A stretch of DNA of 64,000 bases from Tubulanus polymorphus (Eukaryota; Animalia; Nemertea): contig NC_134028.1 in assembly GCF_964204645.1 (NCBI RefSeq), forward strand, positions 21,572,345-21,636,344. Reading direction: 5' to 3'. Positions 40,601 to 52,600 of this stretch are shown piece after piece. A model generated the notes under the pieces. It was given only the letters and a program-made list of their open reading frames with translations, was not told the DNA's origin and searched no databases. The stretch's first letter is position 1. Each line of letters begins with the position of its first letter. Made by a program: the position numbers and the translations under genes.

Positions 40601-43600
40601 TGAATGTAAGCAGAAACCGGGAGAAAATTCACAATTGCCAGATTGCAAAAGTATCAATGAGGTTTTGACATGTTTCGTACCTGGCATCAATTGCTTGATC
40701 TAATGTGTACGGAGACAGCACACGTTCTCCGCGGGCTTCCTGAAAATTAGTCATAAAACGGAGCTATAAACAGGAACCAGTGATTAAATGAGCGCGACAG
40801 GCGAAAGATATGAAAATATCACTATTGAGTTAGAATTGATAGGATAAGGACAAGTTTTCTACTTCGAAATGCTACGAAATGCCATCCCTGAATTTTCAAA
40901 TGTGATGCAGTTATTGTTAATACACCTCCAAATAGTGTATACCTTTTTAATAATCAAAATTACCCCAAAAATTTATCACTAGACCTTCGATATCAGTCGA
41001 TAGATCGGCCCGTTTCCCGAAAATATACATACCGTAACTTTCATAGTCAAAACTTGGTACAACCACTGTTCATCTAAATCCAATAGATGAGAAACCCAGC
41101 GTAATTCTGTATCAGACGCTACTTCTATCGTAGAATCATCAGCCTTCAAAATATCAACCACAATAAATCTTTGCTTAGCTTTCGGTCTTGGTTTCCCCAA
41201 TCCTGTTGGATTGTTCATTTAACCTCAAGACAAGACCACGAGATTTAAAGTGTTGCCCGCTCAACGTAAGCAGCCAGCAGGACCCGCCTGTCACTCGGCA
41301 CTGATATTCGATACATGTACTAATAATGTCCAATTAGTATTGTATACTTCAGTATTGTAAAACATATTTTGTGTATATTACATTATTTTTCATAGGAAAA
41401 AAACTGATATTCAATACAACAGCAAAATAACTTATCTAACTGAGCTACGAAGTTATTATAATAAAGACTAAGAGACTTAAAATCAGTTGGATTTCAAACC
41501 TTGTATCGGGCGTAAACTCTGTGTGATATTAAGTTGAATGGAGTCTCCACTCGCCAAGTTCTCCGTAGTACAAGGCCATTGATTGGCCGTACAAACTGAT
41601 GGGGAACTGTTGAGGTTAAACGAGGATGTGTTCTAGGTTTTGTTAGTAGTAAACATTACTCAAGTCTTCCGCGTTGATCTTTCTTCCACATTTGAAATCA
41701 AAGTAAATCCACTCCATAGCAAAAAACAAGTGGAATAGTGAATCTAATATCTTTGTTTTGACTTATTTAGGATAATATTTGGATTTGGGATTCAAAAAAT
41801 TCAGTTCAGAGATGACTGAATATGATCGTCATCTGGCATCCGATATGTATGATATATCTCTGCTGTATGGTATTATTTTCACGGACGAGTATCCAAGGGC
41901 CTTCAATGTGTGGAGGTACCTTTTTCCTGAAGAATATATTGCCCATATGCAGCACAGCTGCCAGAATTTTGTAGATGGTTTTCTGTTCGTCTTCGGTGAA
42001 ATTTAAAATCTGCATAGCTGATTGTAACGCTCGGTAATCATCCTCATCATTTTTTGTCTCAATCGAGCAACTTCCTCCCTGTAAATAATAGTTGAGCTTG
42101 GATTATCTTTGGACACAGGACACCTGTATGAATCTCAATACCTGCATGAATCTCAATATGGATCTCTGCATCTGTGCATGGATCTCAGCATGGATATCAG
42201 CATCTGCACATGGATCTCGGCGTGGATCTCTGCACAGACCTCAGCATGGTCCCCAATATGGATCTCAGCGTCTGTGCATGAATCTTAGCACAGATCAGGC
42301 GCAGATCCAGGGCTATTCAATGACTACAGCACCGTGAAAAAAGGGCACCAATTTTGAAAAGGGCCAGTATTAATGCCCAGCGAGCGACTTATAGAGTAAC
42401 AATAATATGAGTGCCTTTTTTGAGCAAATGAGAGTGCCTTAGATTGCCTTTTTTGATTTGGGGAATTTATTTTCATTCGCATTTTGCTTTAGGTCTAGTT
42501 CAAAAAGGCAGTCACTTTTTATGGCTCACATATTGTGTGCTCTTTTATTTCCTTCCCGAAACAAAAACAAAAACTTTTCAAGGGCATTTGAAAACTGCAA
42601 CTACTGCACACGCTACATGTGCAACAGTCTGGATCCGCGCCTGCAGATCGCTACATGGATCTTAGCACAGAATGTCTGTATGGATCTCAGCATGGATGTC
42701 TATAATCCTACCTGATTGAGATAGAAGTAGTTCTCAGCAGCTGATAAACCTAGTTCAGTTTTCTGTCTATCGGTCATTCCAGTGAGTATCTCATAAAACA
42801 CATGATATGATCGCTCATCTTCTGACTGAAATCACAAACAATTCCATGTTAGAATCTATCTGGCCTAGGACGTCTTAGCCACTATCAGATATCTCAGGTC
42901 TACCTATATCCTAGTTAGCCTTGTTCCCTTAAGAGGACCCCTAACAAGACCGGTATTCAGACCAGTCTACCTGCCACCATGATATAGGCCAACTTCATAT
43001 TTTTCTTATAGTATTTAAGGATTGCCAAAAAGTCTTCATCACTCTAAATTTTAGTTGAATCGGAGAAAAGTGACATATAAACAGCCACTTTCTGCAGTTT
43101 TCCCTGATTCTTCCATGTGACTACACAAAATTACCTAATTGAGAGAAATTTTTAAGTTCCGGTTTTAAAATGATACAATTCATTCAATTTTTCATTGAAT
43201 CACATAGGCCTAGGCCTATAACACGGCACAGCTATCTAATTCCCTGAGTTTTCTGATTCTTTTCTGAGTTTTCTGAGTTTTTCAGGCTTTTTGCGAAGTT
43301 TGTAAAGCATTCCCTGAATTTTCCTTAAACTGTTCTCCATTTTTCTAATTCCCTGAGTTTTCCGGGACCCAGTTTTACAAAAAAGTTTAACTCAAATTTT
43401 TGCTATTTGGTTACTTCATGTTTTCAATGAGGACAATTCAAACTTAACCATTTTTGGCTTACACTTTTTCGTTAAACTGGGCCCTAGTCAACCAGTGTTC
43501 CTTGTAGAGTTACATGCATCCATTGTCAAAGCTCATTGAACAATTATGTCCCTTCAGGACAATGATTGACTACTGAATAGACCCATCTAGAATCACTTGT

Positions 43601-46600
43601 GGCAGCTAACAATGCATCACTGGTAACAGCTTTGGGACTGGGTGACACCCACAGCTGAATTCATTTCACATTGATGCGAAATCGTGTTGGGCTTGTGGTT
43701 TATCGATTCAATAATGTTGTATCAATTAAGGATTAATTAATTCATCGGACAGATGAATTGTGAACAAGTGAACCGCCTAAACTCAGCCATTCTAAACCAG
43801 GATGACGGACATATTCTTCCTTATGAAACTGATCTGATGTATGTTTTATTGCACCACTCTGCTCACTGACACTACTGCGAGTGCCACACACACACACACC
43901 TGGTACGCCAGCTGAGGAGCGCAGGAAACAATAATATCATTTAAGCCCATCAATATTATGGTGAAAACACAGGGGCTTTCCAGGATACCAGGGGCCTATG
44001 GTGGCTGATAAGGGCCATAGTGTAAAATTCCTGGTACGTAAATGAGGGCGCCAGAACGCCAGAACGCCAAAACGAAAAAAAACGTCAAATTTTCTCTGAA
44101 AATTCGTTTTGGCGCGCCAAAACAAAGAAAATTCCGTTTTGGCGCTCCCCCAAAACGAACTTTCGTTTTGGCGCCCCCGCCAAAACAACGAAAAACGTCG
44201 GAATTTCTCTAAAAGTTCGTTTTGGCGTGCCAAAACGGAGAATATTCCGTTTTGGTGCCCCCGCCAAAACGAACTTTCATTTTGGCGCCCCCGCCAAAAC
44301 AACGAAAAACGTCGAAATTTCTCGAAAAGGAAATAACCACGCCAAAACGGAATTTTCTTTGTTTTGGCGCGGTTATTTCCGTTTTGGCGCCCCCGCCAAA
44401 ACAAGCATTCAACCACAGTAAAATTATTTTTCAATTTGGCGCGTTGATCTTGTGTGTAATTTGCATAAATTTGCATTTATAAAATTATTTTACGTGGTTG
44501 AAAGTTAGTTTTGGCGGGGTGCCAAAACGGAATTTTCTTTGTTTTGGCGCGCCAAAACGAACTTTTAAAGAAAATTGGACGTTTTTCGTTGTTTTGGCGG
44601 GGCGCCAAAACAGAATTTTCTTTGTTTTGGCGCACCAAAACGAACTTTCAGAAAAAATTGGACGTTTTTTTTCTTTTTGGCGTTCTGGCGCCCTCATTTA
44701 CATACCAGGAATTTTACACTATGGCCCTTATCAGCCACCATAGGGGCCAGTTGCACCGTCGTGACTTAGTTCAAAAGTGTCTTAAGACTGGTCTTAAGTT
44801 GTTAGTTAGATTGGCTGCCAACTAGATAGATAGAACTAAAAAGTTGGTCTTAGACTGGTCTTAAGTCTAAGCCATGACCATGGAACCGGCCCCAGATGAT
44901 ACCAGTATCCCTGAAATCCAGGGATACTGGTGGGATACTGGTATCATCCATTCTCCATCAACAAGCCGTTGAGAAAAAGTAGGATTTGGTGACACTGACA
45001 ATGACAGAACCCGCTGGTAAAAATATACATCGAATCGTTTGTCTACTGTTTTACATCCACGTGACCTTGAAATAATGATTTTCGCTTGCCGGCGTGAGCT
45101 TCGGAGCTGGAGCTCATGCGACCCGGATGGCTTTTTTGGCTGGTTTCTGTTGGAACTTTGTGACTGGTCTTGTCTGAATACCAGTCGTTGTTACGGATGA
45201 ACAACGGCTAGGTACTAGACTATGACTTGTCCTGTACTTACATGTGTAACTATCCGTGATTTCTCCAAAAGATATTCCGATATCCTAGCACCAGTTATTG
45301 CACAACTGAAATGAAAAATCATTTAGAAAAGATTTTCATATTTATCAAGACCGGCGGCGCGTCACACCAGTTTATAGAAAGAAGATAAGATCAAAAAGAC
45401 AAGAGAGTGACAGTTTTTTCATGCAAATATCATTATTCAAGAAATCTACGTATCATACATCATTTCTATATTGATCCACAAGCAGTGCAGGATACACTCT
45501 TGTTTTCTCAGAAATCTTATACCGGTAGAAGGAAATAATACTACGTGGATTTTACACCCCCTGCAGGTTGAACAATTTCAAACAGTTCACACAAAATCCT
45601 AAATTACTGCCCCCGATAGCGCATCATCGTGATTGACAGGTAAGCAGAGGAAAGTAGAGAAATAAGTAAGCTTACAATGTTAACTGTTTAAAATTGTTTA
45701 AATCGTTTTCATTAAACCTCTACATCTTAATCGAGTCAGAATTTGAACATCACTGGGTTTATTATTAAATCAGTCAACATAAAATGCTCATCAAAACATC
45801 GTTTCTGGCGCGTCAAATATGATCTCACATATTCTGACAAAACCAAATCGCTATCGTAGATATACTGTCAAAGCTCTTGACGCGACAAAATCACTACCGT
45901 AGATATTCTGTCAGAACTGAATGTTCATTTGACGCATCAAAATCGCTATCAAATCATACATATACTGTCAAAATTAAAACTATATATTTTGTATTTACCC
46001 GTATACACTCTCCGTGCTCGCAATGAGTAAAATAATTATTACGTATATATTTTTCAAATACACACACAATTTGAAAGAAAATCTACTTTTACAATTAGGG
46101 TTGTTAAAGGTTGGGGGCACGATATCCACTTCCTATTAGAAAGGCCTTAGAGCTCCGGCTATGTGAAAATGATTTTTTTTATCATCAACATATTATCATC
46201 AACCTACTTTTTAAAGTAGACTTCGACGTATTTTCCGAAGCGGCTTGAATTATCGTTGCGTATGGTTTTCGCGTTACCGAACGACTCCAACAGCGGATTG
46301 GCCTCCAATATCTGTTCGGTGACCAGGTTATTTTTGGACTGATTGACGGCTGCTAGGTAATGCAGTAGCAGTTTGGTGCTCTCCGTTTTACCAGCGCCGC
46401 TTTCACCGCTGATCACGATCACCTGTTTCTCGTCGTCTTTGATCATTTTCATGTAAGCGTCGTTACCGATAGCGAATAAATGTCTGACAAATAAAAATTT
46501 GAAAAATAAATGAATTTCTACGTACAAAATTTTTCACTAAATTCAGTGGAACCCCGTTACAGCGATCTTTACGGGACCTGGAAATACGTTCGTTATAATC

Positions 46601-49600
46601 GATAGTTCGTTATATCCAGTATTAAATTAATCACATTTTCTTACTCGAGAGACAAAATTCTATATTTGTTATATCCGAAGAATCGTTGTATCCGAGTTCG
46701 TTGTAACGAGATTCCACAGTAGTTAAAATGAGGACAGTAATAATTCGCAGGTTATCGGTAATTTTTTCACAATCACATGCTTGTCAGTTATCAGCTACGG
46801 ATTTGGTAATCTAATAACCGGTATCTTAATCGTTTATAAATTTGATTCATTATTCGATTCACATAACATATTCGCCAGAAAATGATATCTATATATTGTT
46901 ATTGCTAATTATATGGATTTCGGCTTTATAGGTTTTCGACCAGGCCCCTACCTGGAATCTCGACTCAGAACGTATTCTTTAAATCCAAACTTTTTATACC
47001 TATTTATCAAATACTTACGGTGGAAGAGTTCCGAGCACCTGTCCTTCATAACGTTTAACCATATCCAAACCATAAACATCGAACATCTTATACGGGTTGA
47101 CAGCCACGAGGATGCTTCCAGTGTATGTCTACAAAACAGAAATTCTACATCTATACTTTCGACTCTTTAGATGCAGAAAGAATAGAAAACTATTCACAGG
47201 GCTGCCAACCCAACCTCTGAAAACCTCTCGCAAGTCAGATTTCTTTTCGGGACATTTCATCGAAATATGAAAGTAAATGTTCAATTAATCAGCAATTAAA
47301 AGTAAGACCGACCCTCAATAACATCTTTCATATTATTTTATGTACACATCAAACAAATCAAATTTCAGTATTTCTCGTTAGAAAATAGTTACAAATACTG
47401 AAAATCCGGAACAGCTGGCAGCTCTATTTTAGTAAATAATATGTATACAACATATATTCATTGAAACTGCTGTAAAAGCTCATGCTGCTCATTAAACTCG
47501 TTTTTTTTCCAGCGCACGCTGTTTTACGAAACGTTTTATGATACTCGATGCTTTGGGAAGGGGGAAGCCTCCAATTTGAAGATTGATTGAGTTGACATAA
47601 GGATATACCCAGTACATTAATGTAAATCCCGCCGGTATATCCGGTAACTATGGTGGCTGATAAGGGCCATAGCGTAAAATTCCTGGTATGTAAATGAGGG
47701 CGCCAGAACGCCAGAACGCCAAAACGAAAAAAAATGTCCAATTTTCTCTAAAAGTTCGTTTTGGCGAGTCAAAACAAAGAAAATTCCGTTTTGGCGCCCC
47801 AGCCAAAACGAACTTTCAGTTTGGCGCCCCCGCCAAAACGAACTTTCGTTTTGGCGCTCCCGCCAAAACAACGAAAAACGTCCAATTTTCTCTGAAAGTT
47901 CGTTTTGGCGCGCCAAAACAAAGAAAATTCCGTTTTGGCGCCCCCGCCAAAACGAACTTTCAGTTTGGCGCCCCCGCCAAAACGAACTTTCGTTTTGGCG
48001 CTCCCGCCAAAACAACGAAAAACGTCCAATTTTCTCTGAAAGTTCGTTTTGGCGCGCCAAAACAAAGAAAATTTCGTTTTGGCGCGGTTATTTCCGTTTT
48101 GGCGCCCCCGCCAAAACAAGCATTCAACCACAGTAAAATTATTTTTCAATTTGGCGCGTTGATCTTGTGTGTAATTTGCATAAATTTGCATATATGAAAA
48201 TATTTTACGTATATATAGAATTATTTTACGTGGTTTAAAGTTCGTCTTGGCGGGGGCGCCAAAACGGAATATTCGTTGTTTTGGCGCGCCAAAACGAACT
48301 TTCAGAGAAAATTCGACGTTTTTCGTTGTTTGGGCGGGGTGCCAAAATGAAAGTTCGTTTTGGCGGGGGCGCCAAAACGAACTTTTAGAGAAAATTTGAC
48401 GTTTTTTTTTCGTTTTGGCGTTCTGGCGTTCTGGCGCCCTCATTTACATACCAGGAATTTTACGCTATGGCCCTTATCAGCCACCATAGGTAACCTCATC
48501 GTAAAATCAAAAATACATAATATTTCTCAGTATTGTTAGTGCAGTATTTTAGATGAATTCATATTCATAAACGTAATTGAATATCCTGGAAGCAATACGG
48601 TTAGATATCTAATGTAAATTACTGAAATAAAAAAGAAAATCCAATATCCACTTCGTCATTATTTCTCGTTACACAAGGCTCGTTGTATGTATTCAGCTGA
48701 CTTAGGTTCAAACCCTGCGAGCTTTGCCAGGTTTGCTCTCCAGACGATTGGGCAGCCACTTCTCATCTTACCTGGTTACCAAAGGTTTGGTATGAGGCGT
48801 TTTTACAATTTCGCTTTTGAAAATTGTATTCACATTTTTTCACCGCAAAAACCTCAGGCTGAGTAAATTGAAAGTCAACGAGTCAGTTTCGATCCTTCAT
48901 TGCTAAATCATCGCGATAGTTAATGATGAAGCAAGTTCATCATAAAAATGATTCATTTCGTAGTTTAAGGTAGGGAAAATTGTATTTATTTAGATAAAAA
49001 CATGTCACGAAACATTCTGAAAACAATACTCACGTATATGTGTTCATTTATGTAGCGTTTCTTTAAATTATGTAGAACTGAAGCTTCGTTCAAATCCCTG
49101 TAAAGAAATTCATAGCAATTACGAAAAGTGTAGTAAATTACCATAGAGTACTACATTATTCCTGAAGATGACAATTGGATATGGCCAACTCGTCGAATAA
49201 ACCCAGTAGCTCAACGAAACCTCTCAGACTCGTTTTTCTATATTTATGTACGGTATTTTAGGTATTTGACCGTACTGCTGTGTATACATTTTAAGGTGTC
49301 TGGTGTTAAGCAAATAAAGTTTAGAGACTTACGGAAGGCTAATCATATCATCCACTCCATCAGGTCCAGTGTCTTCACGTTTCTCTACATTAGCCATAGT
49401 ATCCATTCTGTAAATGTGAGTCTGAATAAAGCAAACATTGAAACATATTTAATAGAATCACTGTATAGCGGATTTCAGTTTAAGTCTTTTTGTTCATAGA
49501 AGCTCCTATACGGTATTCGCTAATACCACCAGGAAACCTTATTCTGTGCAGGAAGCCGTAGTACGTGGTTCAGTTCGTATACATATCCAGACTCCTACAT

Positions 49601-52600
49601 AAGATTTTCCTTGAAGACCCCAAGCTTCCAAAAAATCATCCTTACATATTTTCCTCATTCAAATTAACACTTTCAATTCACAAGGTCTAATTGTTTGACA
49701 GTGATTATTCATCGCGATTATTTTCCTCTGAAATTTCCACCGTTTTCAGTAATTCTTTGTCGTCAAAGAACTGTTCCGCAAAAATTCTGATAACCGTCAC
49801 AAATGATTCAACAGAAATCGTATCATCGTTTGTATAGGTGAAGCCCGTTTGGATCGGGTCTTTTTAGGACAAGAAGTATTGTCCGACATAAGTGAAAATT
49901 TGACTTAGGGAATAAATCTAACATTGCTAATTGAAAAAAATTGTCCCTAAACATTCAATATGATTTATGCAGAAATTCGGCTTAACTGGGCTTGACTGTA
50001 CACAACCGTGGTACTACAGGGGGGTTATCAACTCTTATTTTGCATTTATGAAATATATTCCATTTATCTAACATAGTCTATAGCAATGAACTTGACACAG
50101 TTCTGTATTATACAAACATGTATGCACAAATGTACAATCAAAAATCCATAAAGACTAGTCTTTAATGAATTTTTGGTACAATGAATACATATATAGCTTT
50201 ATGGCCTGGGGTGAGTTCAATTCTGTTCTAATTGATTGATCTTAATGAATCTTCATAGCGTGGAACCAACCATTACGTACTAATAATACGAAGGTAATAA
50301 TGAAGGTATTCATGAAATTAAGAAATATTAGCCACTTGCCCGAATTAATAGGCATTTATTGAATAGGAATTCAGAAATTCGTTGCCACTTCAAGTAATTT
50401 TAAAAGATTAAAAACGAAATACATTATCCTCAAGTTGGGATGACTTCGATGGTTTTATTGGCAGTTATTGTTGAAATAAAGATTGATATACCGTGTTGAC
50501 AGTTTCGATGCTCTCTCTCAGGGCGTCCTCCTGAGAACTGCGGTAAACTAATTTTGGATTATCTTAAGAATAATTATAAGGATAATCGTATGAATTTCTT
50601 TGAAGGATTTTGAATGGTTTTTAGAGAGAGAGAGAGATCTATACGTCTGAGTACACAGACTATTCTAATAGAAGATATTTTATCTACACTAACTCGGCTA
50701 GATTAAGCAAGCTACATAGATATCGAAATTGAGGCAAAAATGATTCCGTATATTAGACGAAAAAGACGAAGCATCAAGAGACTAGATTTTCAATGTGCGT
50801 TACCTTATTGTCAATTCTTGTTTCGATACTGATGAAATTGTGATACTGTGAGAAGTCAATAACTTTCCCGGGAACGGGATAACCGATCCCTATATCAAAC
50901 CATACTAACTGACCCTGTAAAAAAGAAACGTGTTCAATATTTTATCTAGTTTAGTATTGAGACATCATCTTTACAATTAGGGAACTACTCCCTAATTACC
51001 CATTTCAAGGGAGCTGCGCCCAACCCACTTGAAAGGTGTGTTTATTATGAAACTTGTTCCCAGTATATTCTACATTTAGGTTTAGCTTTCATTTGTCATA
51101 TGACGGGGTATTCATTTCATTCCTCAATCTGGAACTAATTGCTCAAGAACGTTTGCTCCCAGCTAGAGACTCTAGTACTGCCAGCATTGCAACTAAATAT
51201 AACAGATCAATCCTGCTATTTCCAACATGAAAGTCAAAGTATTGATCCTTAAAATGGCTGAACGTAAGAAAAAACCAAAACGTTTCACACTATATCCACT
51301 TTTTCTACTCTTCCTTGAGATTACTGAGTTGTGGCAAACCAAGAATGAGTAATGACAGCGCAGACCAGCTCGAACCAGCCTGATACGTGCAATTCAGCTG
51401 ATTAAGGGTTGAAAATACTACGGTACTCACTCTGCAAAGCACATCTGCATACAGAATCATCACATCATTTGTCATGAATTCGAAAAACTTCATATTCGAT
51501 CGCGAAAATATAGTTTTATCCAAGATAAGTCGGATTCAACGATTCAGCCTTGTTTAAAACGGGTCTAAATTTACCCCGTTCAGGGTACACGTTTTTTGAC
51601 GCAATTTTGAGTAAAATATATTCCGTATCAATTTGTGAGATTCCACGCGAGTGTCGTTTTTAAAATCCCGGTATCTGATGTACGAAAGAAAACTGTCAAG
51701 CCCTAGGACGTTTAGCTGCGCTCGTGGCTAGTGTCTTCACTATTCCCCGAGCAATAGCCAGCCCATCCCTAAGCGTTAAAACAACAATATACTAGAAATG
51801 GTAAACCGATAGTTGCTTTATGAACTATAAAGAACAAGTGCTTTTGAAATGTTCTATCGTCAATGTTTTTTTTGTTCTTATCAGCGAAATAAATACGAAT
51901 AAAATCAAATGTATACCCCCTCCCCTATAAACGTCACTTGGAAACGCTTGGAGCACCGACGAAGGTGTTAAGCAACACGATACCAGTAATATAACGCAGG
52001 AAATCATAGTGAAATTGCGTGAAGTGAAATTTAAGCGCTATATAAAAAGTATTGGAAAAGTTGAAACTAACACTGAAGTATATATGTTCTGTTATAGAAA
52101 AACCTTCGCATGGATTTTGCGGAAAACAATGATAGAATAGATTCTTAGGATTTGATGCTAAACATTCAACGCGATTTCAAGGTTCGCTTTTTTGGAATAA
52201 CCTTATAATTCTCTAGTCGGATCGATGAAATGTTGATTTCCAACGGCTCCCTGATTCTCAACTCGGCGAAATATTCAGTCCTCCTAAGTGTACTGTTTAC
52301 TGAAATTCAATTTTTCAATGTCATTTTACTTATTTTCTATAAGATTCGATTAAAGTAAATAACGGTCTGATTTCTTGTCCCGCGGTCTCAACAAGCCCAA
52401 TCCTATCAATATGCACGCGATCTAAACTCAATAACTCCTACCTATGCATAATGAAGATTAAGCCATCGGAGTGAATATGTTTTCCGACCCGTCCAATATG
52501 AAACACTAGGTTCTAATGGAGTCTGTTGCTGACTGGAAAGAACTAAAGGTAATTGGAAAATTGCGTGTCAAGTAGGTTTAATTGTTCTTATTCAACGATC

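Noticed and set aside
44040-44700. CRISPR-like appearance of the repeated palindromic units
   Set aside because: The spacers are themselves repetitive, the array is enclosed by TIRs and a TSD, the context is eukaryotic, and there are no cas genes.
43937-48443. Cluster of overlapping 60-224 aa ORFs rich in FWR, RQN and APK
   Set aside because: They are translations of the stop-poor palindromic repeats in the foldback elements, open in many frames on both strands, with no transposase motifs.
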